DNA of 64,000 bases, taken from the IMG/VR virus record IMGVR_UViG_3300045988_125296; one strand, 5' to 3'. Of the stretch, positions 37,772 through 47,196 are shown piece after piece. How positions within the stretch are numbered: position 1 is the stretch's first letter; every line of letters begins with the position of its first letter. The notes beneath the pieces were generated by a model. The model made no database searches and was not told where the DNA came from. It saw only the letters and a list, made by a program, of their open reading frames with translations. A program made the position numbers and the translations under genes. Origin of the DNA: a virus.

Positions 37772-38066
37772 ACGCAAAAAGAAAATCCTTTTAGTAAAAG
37801 GTGTTCCTGTTGAAGTTGTTACTATATCTGGGTTGGGTGAATTGGTTGGAAAATCAAGGATTACGCTTCTTCGATATGAGAGACAAGAGTTGTTTCCTCC
37901 CGCTCCCATCATGGTGGGGAATAAGAGATATTATCCTGTATCTCTTGCGGTTAAACTTGCTCCCATTGTTAGAGAACTACCTTTACATCAGAAACCTGAC
38001 CCAAGAGTTATTGTTGAAATAAATAAACTCTTTAAAGAAGAAAGGAATAAATTATGCCAGCCTTAA
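37758..38066 (+). CDS. MerR/excisionase-type HTH DNA-binding protein
   Basis: TISGLGELVGKSRITLLRYERQELFPPAPIMVGNKRYYP resembles the excisionase-family HTH. Start ambiguous (37731 or 37758). Confidence 0.5.
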   Translation: MSLNKRKKKILLVKGVPVEVVTISGLGELVGKSRITLLRYERQELFPPAPIMVGNKRYYPVSLAVKLAPIVRELPLHQKPDPRVIVEINKLFKEERNKLCQP

Positions 38067-38308
38067 AGAAAACAGCCGATTCCGTTTCCACTTCTCTGAG
38101 GGAAGGACAGTCCAATGTCTACTATGAGAAGTCGGTTACAAAAAATATGGGTAATTATGAAAGTGCCAAGATAACAGTTGGCGTTACATTACCGATTTCT
38201 CCAACTGACGAGGAGGTGAGTTTAATTAAGAAAACTCTTGAAATCGGGGACAAGATAGTTACCGAAGAACTGGAAATTCAACTTAAAGAACTTATAGACG
38301 ATAAATAG
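38054..38308 (+). CDS. hypothetical protein
   Basis: 84-aa ORF. Confidence 0.4.
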   Translation: MPALKKTADSVSTSLREGQSNVYYEKSVTKNMGNYESAKITVGVTLPISPTDEEVSLIKKTLEIGDKIVTEELEIQLKELIDDK

Positions 38309-38309
38309 T

Positions 38310-39092
38310 ATGAACGCTCTTTTAAGACTTCGGAAAGATATGCCAATAACTGGACTTGTACCGTTTAAGTATCTACTTTATTCAGCTTTGTTATCGGATG
38401 TAGTTCCTTTTACACCACATGGTGAAGATATTAAATACGGTATTTTTTCTGAAACCGAACAAGAGTTGTATGACTATTATCCGGATTGGGATAATATTGA
38501 CAATAGGAGAAATGAGGTTTTTAAAGCATTGAATGACCTTTCAGAGGAAGGCTTAATTTGGTTTGATGATGATAGCCGTATTTATTTAGGTGAGTTTCGA
38601 GGTAAGAAATTCTTTCCGTTTGAGGTTAAGAACTCCTTGTTTGATGAAGCGAACAAATTGCTTGAAACAGAACTTAAAAAATATGGTTCTTCGAAGTCGG
38701 CTAAGGATAAATCTCGTTCCAGATATATTCGTGAGCAGATTGACCGTCTTTTGGATAAAGGTGTTGAAAATATGTCTCCGGGTGACTTTACGGAACTTCA
38801 TGGTTATTTATATGAGGTATATACAGGAGGAGAGATATATCTTATCCGAAATAAGACCGAGTATTTTCAGACAAATAATATGCTTAAAGCGTATGATAAG
38901 TTTACGGTATTTTCTCTTATTGTCGAGGCAACATTGAGATACGATTTTTATCGTAAAAAAGGTATACCTACGTTGACGAATGTAGCGTGTATGAAAGATG
39001 ATGTGTTTCATGCGTTGACCAAATCGGATATGGGTTCTAAGGATTACATGCGAGATATGACAAGTTCAATTAGTGAAGACTCTGAATTTTAG
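38310..39092 (+). CDS. hypothetical protein (possible replication initiator, by position)
   Basis: 260-aa ORF upstream of the loader and helicase genes. No motif recognised. Confidence 0.45.
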   Translation: MNALLRLRKDMPITGLVPFKYLLYSALLSDVVPFTPHGEDIKYGIFSETEQELYDYYPDWDNIDNRRNEVFKALNDLSEEGLIWFDDDSRIYLGEFRGKKFFPFEVKNSLFDEANKLLETELKKYGSSKSAKDKSRSRYIREQIDRLLDKGVENMSPGDFTELHGYLYEVYTGGEIYLIRNKTEYFQTNNMLKAYDKFTVFSLIVEATLRYDFYRKKGIPTLTNVACMKDDVFHALTKSDMGSKDYMRDMTSSISEDSEF

Positions 39093-39095
39093 TAT

Positions 39096-39287
39096 ATGAA
39101 ACATATTAAATTGAGAATTACTCTGACTTATAATTTTGTCAAGGGTAAAGACTGTACGGGTTGTCATTTAACTGACTATTGTAATGAGCTAAATGATTTA
39201 GATTGCGAGGAAGGTACGATGGGACATTATGAGTGTGACGAAGAAGAACTTGAACAATTAGATGACTCAGATGGATTTAAAAACTAA
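39096..39287 (+). CDS. small acidic Cys-containing protein
   Basis: 63-aa ORF with CTGCH...C...C...C. Confidence 0.35.
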   Translation: MKHIKLRITLTYNFVKGKDCTGCHLTDYCNELNDLDCEEGTMGHYECDEEELEQLDDSDGFKN

Positions 39288-39891
39288 GGAGTATTACTTA
39301 TACTGTGGAATAAAATCGGGGTGGCATGAGAAGTCATTTGACGATTTTACTAATGACGTGGAAGCACTGGCAATCGTGAAAAAATACTTAAAGTATTCCA
39401 AAGAAGCAACCAATAAAGGTATCGGTCTTTATCTTTGGGGTTCTAATGGGACAGGTAAAAGTCATTTAATGAACTGTTCTTTTAAGGAATTAGTAACGAA
39501 AGGAAATAAAGTTAGACTTTATTCAATGGATGAGATTGTCGACAAATTTACTTCATCATGGTATTCTGATGAAGATAAGAAGGAACTGAATAACGTTCTT
39601 TTGAATATTGATTTTCTCGGCATTGACGAGTTTGGTAAGAATGTAGATAAGGATGGTAATCCTGTTTATCTTCCAGATTTGGTCAAAAGGGTTATGGAGT
39701 CTGTTATTCGTTTTCGGGTTCAGATGAATAAACCTATTTGGTTTGCGTCTAATACAGACCCTAAGTTTGTAAAGGATGTTTTCTCCGAAGATATTGCCTC
39801 TTTGTTACGTGAAGCGGTGGTTCCTGTTTGTGTGAGGGGTGAAGATTATCGGAAAAGGATACAACGAAAGAATAAAAGTAGATTCTTATGA
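39262..39891 (+). CDS. DnaC/IstB-like AAA+ helicase loader
   Basis: Walker A LWGSNGTGKSHL and Walker B DFLGIDEFG. Immediately upstream of the DnaB-like helicase. Confidence 0.7.
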   Translation: MTQMDLKTKEYYLYCGIKSGWHEKSFDDFTNDVEALAIVKKYLKYSKEATNKGIGLYLWGSNGTGKSHLMNCSFKELVTKGNKVRLYSMDEIVDKFTSSWYSDEDKKELNNVLLNIDFLGIDEFGKNVDKDGNPVYLPDLVKRVMESVIRFRVQMNKPIWFASNTDPKFVKDVFSEDIASLLREAVVPVCVRGEDYRKRIQRKNKSRFL

Positions 39892-41159
39892 CAGTAGCCG
39901 AAAAATTATTTATCGCATGCTTAAATGCAAAGGATTATAAGGTTCTTTCTATCGTACAACGAAAATGGCTCGATGGTATCGAAGTTAAAGAGTATAACTT
40001 CATTATGGATTATTATCGAGAGCATGGGGATGTAATTGGTATAAAGACTTTTTGTTCCGAATTTAAGTTAGACATGTCATCGGTAGATGCTCGTCCTGCT
40101 TTTTATCTGAACAGCTTAAAGGAACGATTTATCTTTTCGATGATGTCCGACAATATCCCCAAGATTCTTCACGGTTTAAAAGATGACCCAAGAGAAAAGC
40201 TCCTTAAACTTCAAGGTTTGGTGTCTATGCTTTCTGTGGACGCTGTTGAAAGTAAGGATTCACTATATTCTGATGATATAGAACTTCGTAAAAAAGATTA
40301 CGAAGAGCGTATGAAGTCTTTGGGTGTTACCTATTTGAGTATGGGGTGTCCTGATTTGGATAAAACTTTTTATGGTTATCGTAAACAAGATTTAATCACT
40401 ATCGGAGGTAAATCTGGACAAGGTAAATCTTGGTTGATGGTCTTTCTTGCTCACCAGTTAGAAATTTCTTTGAGAGATAAAGAAGAATCGACAGGAGTAG
40501 GTTACGGAGATATTCTTTTTATCACTAATGAAATGGGTGAGGAGGAAATAAAAGAGCGTCTTGACTGTATTAAATTTCGACTTCCTTATGAGAGGTTTTT
40601 GAAAGGTTCATTGACTGAACGTGAGAAGAATCGTTACTATCGAGGACTTGACAGCCTTAAAAAGAAGAAGTCCAAGATAAGAATACTTTACAGTTGTCAG
40701 ACCATAGATGAATTAACTACTTATGTCGGCTTATACAAGCCGTCTGCTGTTTTTATTGACGGTTCGTACCTTATGGAATCTAAGATGGCAGAAGGGTGGG
40801 AAAGAATCGTCTATATTACAAGAAACTTAAAACAGATTGCCAAAAATTTTAAGGTCCCTATAATCAATACCACACAATTAAAGAGAGGTTCGTCAAAATC
40901 TGGGTCCAAGTTTTCACTTGATGGACAAGATGACTTTGCTTATTCGAGTTCTTATTCACAGGACTCTGATATTGCTATTAGAATGTTTCAAGACGCTGAT
41001 ATGAAATTCCATGATTTGATTGGGTGTGAAGTTGTAAAAGGTAGACGAGTTATAGGTGGGGCCACTCTTATTTTTCAGAACGATTTAAATAATATGGTAC
41101 AATCTATAACTTTACCAGCAGATGAGCCAGTTGAACCCGTTAAAAAAGACGATTTCTGA
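39888..41159 (+). CDS. dnaB: replicative DNA helicase (DnaB family)
   Basis: ITIGGKSGQGKSW (Walker A), AVFIDGSYLM (Walker B), PIINTTQLKRG. Confidence 0.8.
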   Translation: MTVAEKLFIACLNAKDYKVLSIVQRKWLDGIEVKEYNFIMDYYREHGDVIGIKTFCSEFKLDMSSVDARPAFYLNSLKERFIFSMMSDNIPKILHGLKDDPREKLLKLQGLVSMLSVDAVESKDSLYSDDIELRKKDYEERMKSLGVTYLSMGCPDLDKTFYGYRKQDLITIGGKSGQGKSWLMVFLAHQLEISLRDKEESTGVGYGDILFITNEMGEEEIKERLDCIKFRLPYERFLKGSLTEREKNRYYRGLDSLKKKKSKIRILYSCQTIDELTTYVGLYKPSAVFIDGSYLMESKMAEGWERIVYITRNLKQIAKNFKVPIINTTQLKRGSSKSGSKFSLDGQDDFAYSSSYSQDSDIAIRMFQDADMKFHDLIGCEVVKGRRVIGGATLIFQNDLNNMVQSITLPADEPVEPVKKDDF

Positions 41160-41505
41160 ATTTTATCCAGTTAATGGAATTGGTACAGTTGTTACGAAGA
41201 AAGGAAATCAAGATGTTTTTGTTTATGGATATTTTACGGCTTGGGATAAATGGTCTTTTATTGTTCATCAAGATGTCGAGTTTCCTGAATTTTGTACAGT
41301 TAGTGAGGCATCTACCGGGCATCAACTAATTAAAGAGTGCTACTATTCTGTGGAAGATGCTCTTTATTTTAGTGTTCCGATTATTGAGAGTAAGAGATAT
41401 TATTTTTCTACAATCATTAAAGATATTCTTGTATCGACTCAACAGAATTTATTACAACGGAATACCACCAATTTACAAACATTAGCAATAGATATGTTAT
41501 GGTAG
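41122..41505 (+). CDS. hypothetical protein
   Basis: 127-aa ORF overlapping the dnaB 3' end by 38 nt. Confidence 0.4.
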   Translation: MSQLNPLKKTISEFYPVNGIGTVVTKKGNQDVFVYGYFTAWDKWSFIVHQDVEFPEFCTVSEASTGHQLIKECYYSVEDALYFSVPIIESKRYYFSTIIKDILVSTQQNLLQRNTTNLQTLAIDMLW

Positions 41506-41870
41506 AAAAACTTGAACAAGAAAATGGTTCTTATTTTGTTAGAGACGTAGAGTATGATAAAGATAATAGATATATTTATCAACCGTATGGAAGAGTTTTA
41601 AACTATACCCATAGGTATTGGTATGACGGGGTTTGCTTTCTGATAGGAGGATATTTCTCGACAAAACCGGAAGTTATGATAGAAGTTGAAAGCGGCGCTT
41701 TTGTTGCGAATAAAGACTTTATTGACGGAAAGTGTACAGTGGAGAAATTGATAGCTCATTTCAAACAACAACTTCAAAACTCCGGACTTACGATTCATGA
41801 GGTTATACGTAATTTTAAATTAAGGAACTTAAATATTGAAGCATGGGAGGTAAATTTTTTGATTGTGTAG
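41499..41870 (+). CDS. hypothetical protein
   Basis: 123-aa ORF. Confidence 0.4.
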   Translation: MVEKLEQENGSYFVRDVEYDKDNRYIYQPYGRVLNYTHRYWYDGVCFLIGGYFSTKPEVMIEVESGAFVANKDFIDGKCTVEKLIAHFKQQLQNSGLTIHEVIRNFKLRNLNIEAWEVNFLIV

Positions 41871-42235
41871 TTTGGGGATTTGTTATCCTTGCTGCACTTG
41901 GAGTTTTGTGGCTTCTTATTGAGCCTATTATTTTTTGGACCTCTTATTCAGAGGTTAGAATTTGTGTCAGACTATTTATTGTCTTGTTTGCTTTAAATAC
42001 GTTTGCCACGTTGAGGCTTTATAACAGTATTGTTCAGAATACGAGATTCTCAATTAAATTACGGGAAAGTGTAACTAAATTACAACAGAATTTTCCTGCT
42101 CTTGAAAGAGCTTTGAGGAGTCTTTCTTCGTCATTGACGATTGTTAAGACCACTCTTGATTCTTTTAAGAAAAGTACTGATGAGAATACAGATAAACTCG
42201 ACCGTCTTAATGACAAGATAAATAAGTTACACTAA
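41843..42235 (+). CDS. membrane/coiled-coil hypothetical protein
   Basis: Hydrophobic N-terminal half (VVWGFVILAALGVLWLL..., LFIVLFALNTFATL) and helical C-terminal half. Confidence 0.4.
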   Translation: MGGKFFDCVVWGFVILAALGVLWLLIEPIIFWTSYSEVRICVRLFIVLFALNTFATLRLYNSIVQNTRFSIKLRESVTKLQQNFPALERALRSLSSSLTIVKTTLDSFKKSTDENTDKLDRLNDKINKLH

Positions 42236-43170
42236 TGCCAGTTCGTAGGTCAAGTAATTTATTAGACATATTTTCCGAATTTTCTCCACAGCTTATGAGT
42301 AATGGGCAAATCCGTATGGAGTGTCCGTTTAGAGAGAATCATACTGACGGAAGTGGGAAAATGTCGTTCTTTGTAAGTCCAGATATAAATGCGTGGCATT
42401 GTTTTAGCTGTCATTCTCATGGAAACTTGGTGAGATTACTTACAACAAAATTCGGGGTAAACTATTTTGATGCCATATCAATGGTAAGGCTTACCGAGTA
42501 TAAGCCGGAGAAAAAGGAATTTGACCTTGACATTATATGGGATATGAACGAGCTTCCAAAAGAATTTATTGACAGGGGTTATACTAAGGAATGTCTTAGA
42601 CATTTTAGAGTGGGGACCACTGATAAGGGAAGTATTCTTATTCCGTATTACAGGAATTTTAATTCTCCGAGTGAACTTATAGGTTATCAGGAACGGTGGT
42701 ACAATCCTGACAGGCGTGTGAAAAACAGCAAGGGGTTTGAGAAGAAATCTTATCTGTATAATTTGGATTATACTTCTGATTATGTAATCCTTGTGGAGGG
42801 ACAGTCTGATGTGTGGAGAGTATGGCAACATGGTTATAATGTTTGTGCTTTAATGGGTGCGAATATGAGTGATGAACAGGTAAGAATGCTCTCCAAATTC
42901 AAGACTGTGTATCTTGCTTTGGACAATGACGAAGCTGGTAGAAGGGGAACTGAAATTGCTTACCATCTGTTGAAGAATTATTGTGCTATACTGTTAATTC
43001 CTTACGAGACAAAAGACCCCGGCGAATGTACGTCTAAAAATGATTGGGACGATGCATTCAAAGAAAGTACAGATTATGTAGTTTACTCTATGGAGATGTC
43101 TATGGGTTGGAAAGATTACTTATCTATGAGAGAAGAAGTGATTGTCGAATTAAAAAAGAGACGTTTATGA
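42235..43170 (+). CDS. dnaG: DNA primase (DnaG-type zinc finger plus TOPRIM)
   Basis: CHC2 zinc finger CPFRENHTDGSGKMSFFVSPDINAWHCFSCHSHG. TOPRIM: VILVEGQSDV ... YLALDNDEAG. Confidence 0.85.
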   Translation: MPVRRSSNLLDIFSEFSPQLMSNGQIRMECPFRENHTDGSGKMSFFVSPDINAWHCFSCHSHGNLVRLLTTKFGVNYFDAISMVRLTEYKPEKKEFDLDIIWDMNELPKEFIDRGYTKECLRHFRVGTTDKGSILIPYYRNFNSPSELIGYQERWYNPDRRVKNSKGFEKKSYLYNLDYTSDYVILVEGQSDVWRVWQHGYNVCALMGANMSDEQVRMLSKFKTVYLALDNDEAGRRGTEIAYHLLKNYCAILLIPYETKDPGECTSKNDWDDAFKESTDYVVYSMEMSMGWKDYLSMREEVIVELKKRRL

Positions 43171-43400
43171 TGAGACATGATTTAAAGCCAGTAATAATTA
43201 GGTCTGAGAAATTCATATCCTTTAAGGAGTATGAGAGAATGTCAGAATTCTGCACGGAGTTTGAAAACTCGTGTAAGTTCGAAATATTCCGGAAATTATT
43301 AGATATTCCGAATTTTTGGAATACAGAATTACATAGAGACATCTCTGGTGTAACCTTACGGGTTGAATTAAAATGCTTTATGATAGGTGATAAAGAGTGA
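43167..43400 (+). CDS. hypothetical protein
   Basis: ATG 43167 forms an ATGA overlap with the primase stop. 77 aa (MMRHDLKPV...). Confidence 0.4.
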   Translation: MMRHDLKPVIIRSEKFISFKEYERMSEFCTEFENSCKFEIFRKLLDIPNFWNTELHRDISGVTLRVELKCFMIGDKE

Positions 43401-43442
43401 TTTGGAAAATACATTCTTTATGCTTAAATTTAAGGTAAGTGA

Positions 43443-43463
43443 GGGACGAGTGCTCCCGTTTTT
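43443..43463 (+). terminator. short GC hairpin plus T-tract (weak terminator candidate)
   Basis: GGGA-CGAGTGC-TCCC, then G TTTTT. Confidence 0.35.
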
Positions 43464-43506
43464 GCCAATACAATGGCTTTTATTAACAATTAAATTTTAG
43501 GTATTT

Positions 43507-44187
43507 ATGCCAAGAACAAGTGAAGAACGTCCAAGAAGACGTAGAGTTGATGAAGTTGAAGATACTTCAAGAAGAACCGAGCGTAAAACGCAAGGTTGGG
43601 GTGCAGTTGCAAAACGGCAGGCTGATATTGCTGAGAAACGTGAAGCTGCTGAGAGTTCAGTACGGGATTTTTGGTTGAAGTCTGATGAGACAGCAATTAT
43701 TCAGTTTTTACAAGATGAACCTTATTGTTTTGACGCACATCAAGTGAAAGACAAAAAAGGTAATTGGGCTATTGTTCCGTGTCAATTGAACACAGGTAGA
43801 CATTGTGTACTTTGTTCTGATGGAGTTAAGCAGACTTGGAGAGCTGCATTTAAAATCCTCGACTATCGTGGTTCGTGGGACAAGGATAAAAAGAAGTTCA
43901 AGTATGACAAGCCGGTTGAAAAAATCTGGAAAGTAGGTTCTACAATCGCACAACAATTAAAACAAATTGTTGATAAGAAAGGTAAGGACTTGACTGAGAT
44001 GGTGTTTGAGGTAACACGTTCTGGAAGTGGTAAGGATTCGTCTTATAATTTCGAGCAGGCGTTTGATGATGACGACCGTAAGATGAAACCTATGGATTGG
44101 GATGAACAAGCTCCATCTGCCGAAGAGTTGTGTCAACCTCCTACTGAGGACGAAATTGACGAAAAAGGTTATACTGATGAAGATTAG
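43507..44187 (+). CDS. single-stranded DNA-binding protein (T4 gp32-like, zinc-containing)
   Basis: H-x13-C-x7-C-x2-C arrangement (FDAHQV...VPCQLNTGRHCVLC). Acidic C-terminal tail EDEIDEKGYTDED. Sits in the replication module. Confidence 0.5.
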   Translation: MPRTSEERPRRRRVDEVEDTSRRTERKTQGWGAVAKRQADIAEKREAAESSVRDFWLKSDETAIIQFLQDEPYCFDAHQVKDKKGNWAIVPCQLNTGRHCVLCSDGVKQTWRAAFKILDYRGSWDKDKKKFKYDKPVEKIWKVGSTIAQQLKQIVDKKGKDLTEMVFEVTRSGSGKDSSYNFEQAFDDDDRKMKPMDWDEQAPSAEELCQPPTEDEIDEKGYTDED

Positions 44188-44248
44188 TTAAGGAATTAAG
44201 TGGGTGTGTATTTTATACATGCCTACTTTCTTATTTAAGAAGTATATT

Positions 44249-47191
44249 ATGCAAAAGATAAAAGTATATAGCGGTTATGTACAACTCTTAGAGAGTGCTG
44301 ACGAAGTTTCTGCATGGTTTAGGAAGTGTCCAGATGATTCTATAATCACATTTGACTGGGAAACAACCGGACTCGAATATGATGCGATACCTTTGGGCCT
44401 TTCTTTACATCGACATGAGGGAGATAATTCTCCGTGTTTTATTCCTGTGGATTATTTTTTCAATAACGGCATCTCCATGAAGGTTCTTGCTGCTATCTGT
44501 AATAAAGAGTTCAAGAGGTTAAGACTTGTCGCTCACAATGCGAAATTCGATAGCATGATAAATGTTATGAATGGAATCGAAGACTCTAACTGCAATATTA
44601 TCGCAGATACTCTTGTTATGATTCACTTATACGACCCTACTCTGGATAAACAGCTTGAAAAACGAGTAAAGGCTGATTTTGGTTATGAGAAACCTACCTT
44701 TGAACAGATATGTGGTAAAAAGTGGAACAAGATAAGTTGGTCGAGAGATGGTAACGAGCTATTGCCTTTACTTGCAGGATATGCTGGGGAGGATACTTAC
44801 TGGGAAACTCAGATGTATCGTAAATACTTGCCTTTGCTTGATGAAGACGCAAAACGTGTTCTTACAAGAATTGAGATGCCTCTTATAAGTATTTTAAGAG
44901 ATGCCAAAATTCGTGGCGTTAAGATTGATGTTGATTTACTTCATAAAATGAGAGTTGAGGCTGAACAAAAACTTATTGCTTATAAGGATAATATTTATAA
45001 AATTGCGGGTTGTGTGTTTAACCTTAATTCAAATCCTCAGAAACAAAAAGTATTTTTTGAGAAGTTAAAACTTCCCGTCATATCGAAGACAAAATCGGGT
45101 GCTCCGAGTACAGATTCTAAGTCTGCGGAAGAGTGGGCTGAAATGGGATATGAAATTGGTGAGGCTCTTGTTGCTTATTCTGAATTGCAGAAGTTGATGT
45201 CGGGGTATCTTATTCCAATTCCAGAATTATTGGACGACGATTGTGTTCTTCGTGGAGACTTGAATAGTTGTGGTACAAAAACGGGCAGGATGTCGAGCAG
45301 TTCTCCAAACTTACAAAACCAGCCAAATAATCACGACTTTCCTATAAGATGTGCATTTGTTCCGAGACCCGGATATGTGTTTGTCAATTACGATTACTCT
45401 CAATTGGAGTTACGTGTTATGGCTCACATGAGCAAGGATGCGAAGTTTATGGACATCTTTTTACATGGTAGAGACCCACATGGAGAAGTTGCAAAAGCAT
45501 GTGGTATCACTCGTAAACAAGCGAAATGTGTTGTTAAGGACACACTCATTTACACAGATAGCGGAGTTATTAGGCTTGGAGATGTATCTTCTTGCAGAAA
45601 CTTTGATACCTTTGATTCACCGATGATTAAACAAGTTTACAACGGCGACAGAATGATTGGTGTAAACTCTTTTTACTCTAATGGGGAGGATAGTGTTCTT
45701 GCTATTATCACTAAGAGGGGTATTGTTCGGAGTTCTCGTAACCATCAGTTTATTCTTGCTGATGGCTCTTTAAAGAGAGCATGTGAACTTCACATAGGTG
45801 ATGAACTGATGGATAATGTTAAGTTTACTTATGAAGGGTCGGAGACTTATATTAAGTATAACCCATTTTTTGATGAAGGAACTCCTTTTAGTATTAAGAT
45901 GGACACACAGTGGTCATATATTGCAGGTGTTCTTTCTGGAGATGGATGTTTTTCGGAGAAACATATAGGAGTTTCAGTTGGAAGTGGAAGGTTCTTCCGT
46001 TCTTGGCAAGACATTCTCAAAAAGGAGTTTGCAAAGAAGGGACTCCCTCTTACTAAGAGAAGTAACTCTAATTATATGTACTTGGGTTCTTCGAGGTTTG
46101 TGAAGTTTATGACACCTTTCGGACTTTCTGATGAAAGGGGTAAGAAAAATTTCAAAATTCCAATGTGGGTTCTGAATGGAACAATTGAGATGCGCAAAAA
46201 CTTTTTGGGTGGTCTCATTGATACTGATGGAACTATAGGTGAAACAGGAACTACAAGTATTTGTACCAAGAGTATTCAACTTGCAGAGGATTTATGTTTT
46301 CTTCTTAATGGTATTGGATACGATTACGGTGTTGAGACCTCTTGGAATGAAGTTTATGAAAAGTTCTATTATAGGATTCATATTTATTCTACTTCTTTGG
46401 AAGATTTATTAAGAAGTGAGGTTATAAAATGTCCTCATAAGGTGGTTAGTCTAAAGGAACGAGTTACCAAACTTGGCAAGGGAGCAAAGATGAAGTCCAA
46501 CAAGATACTTCAAGTTATTTCTCTTGGTAAGGATTATCTGTGTGATTTAAATGTGGACTCTGAAGACCATCTATATATGACAGGTACTCTTATTACTCAT
46601 AATACTATGAACTTCGGTGTTCTTTATGGAATGGGACCCGATAAGTATGAAAGAACGTTTAATGTATCGAGGGAAAGAGCTTTGCAGATGATTGACGATT
46701 ATCATAATACTTATGCGGGTTTTGCCAAGTGGAAAACGGCCACTGAAAATTACGCAAAGAAACATGGTTATGTAAAAAACTTATTCGGTAGGATAAGAAG
46801 GTTCACTGAAACCACCAAGAATCCTTTTGAAGGAGTCGATAAGAAGAAATATTTTGGTGAATTACGTCAAGCGGTAAATACAATTATTCAAGGTACTGGT
46901 GCTGATATTGTAAAACTTGCGACGGTAGCGATGTGTAAAAAGTTTAAGGATTTGAACTTAGACGCTCATTTCTTATTACAGGTGCATGATGAGGTTCTTA
47001 TCGAGGCTCGTATTGACCAGATGCGTGAAATTGAGCGTGTGGTCATCGATTGTATGGAAAACACAGTTAAATTAGATGTTCCCCTTGTTGCTGATGGTAA
47101 GATACTTGCTAATTGGGGTGAGATGAAAGACGATACCGTTGTCTCCTTATGTGATAGATTTGATTATTCACTTTATATACCAATTTTATAA
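44249..47191 (+). CDS. polA: family A DNA polymerase (3'-5' exonuclease plus polymerase) interrupted by an intein
   Basis: Exo I ITFDWETTGL, motif A DYSQLELRVMAH, motif B RKQAK|TMNFGVLYGMG split by the intein, motif C QVHDEVLIE. Start ambiguous (GTG 44204, ATG 44219 or ATG 44249). Confidence 0.85.
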   Translation: MQKIKVYSGYVQLLESADEVSAWFRKCPDDSIITFDWETTGLEYDAIPLGLSLHRHEGDNSPCFIPVDYFFNNGISMKVLAAICNKEFKRLRLVAHNAKFDSMINVMNGIEDSNCNIIADTLVMIHLYDPTLDKQLEKRVKADFGYEKPTFEQICGKKWNKISWSRDGNELLPLLAGYAGEDTYWETQMYRKYLPLLDEDAKRVLTRIEMPLISILRDAKIRGVKIDVDLLHKMRVEAEQKLIAYKDNIYKIAGCVFNLNSNPQKQKVFFEKLKLPVISKTKSGAPSTDSKSAEEWAEMGYEIGEALVAYSELQKLMSGYLIPIPELLDDDCVLRGDLNSCGTKTGRMSSSSPNLQNQPNNHDFPIRCAFVPRPGYVFVNYDYSQLELRVMAHMSKDAKFMDIFLHGRDPHGEVAKACGITRKQAKCVVKDTLIYTDSGVIRLGDVSSCRNFDTFDSPMIKQVYNGDRMIGVNSFYSNGEDSVLAIITKRGIVRSSRNHQFILADGSLKRACELHIGDELMDNVKFTYEGSETYIKYNPFFDEGTPFSIKMDTQWSYIAGVLSGDGCFSEKHIGVSVGSGRFFRSWQDILKKEFAKKGLPLTKRSNSNYMYLGSSRFVKFMTPFGLSDERGKKNFKIPMWVLNGTIEMRKNFLGGLIDTDGTIGETGTTSICTKSIQLAEDLCFLLNGIGYDYGVETSWNEVYEKFYYRIHIYSTSLEDLLRSEVIKCPHKVVSLKERVTKLGKGAKMKSNKILQVISLGKDYLCDLNVDSEDHLYMTGTLITHNTMNFGVLYGMGPDKYERTFNVSRERALQMIDDYHNTYAGFAKWKTATENYAKKHGYVKNLFGRIRRFTETTKNPFEGVDKKKYFGELRQAVNTIIQGTGADIVKLATVAMCKKFKDLNLDAHFLLQVHDEVLIEARIDQMREIERVVIDCMENTVKLDVPLVADGKILANWGEMKDDTVVSLCDRFDYSLYIPIL
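45527..46603 (+). mobile_element. intein (359 aa) with LAGLIDADG homing endonuclease domain, in polymerase motif B
   Basis: Starts CVVKDTLIYTDSG and ends TLITHN, followed by +1 Thr. Block B: SRNHQFIL. LAGLIDADG motifs: YIAGVLSGDGCF and FLGGLIDTDGT. Confidence 0.85.
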
Positions 47192-47196
47192 GCAAC

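Noticed and set aside
37758-38066. A lysogeny module (integrase, excisionase, repressor).
   Set aside because: Only a small MerR/excisionase-type HTH is present. No integrase, recombinase or transposase motif was seen anywhere in the window, so a temperate lifestyle cannot be claimed.
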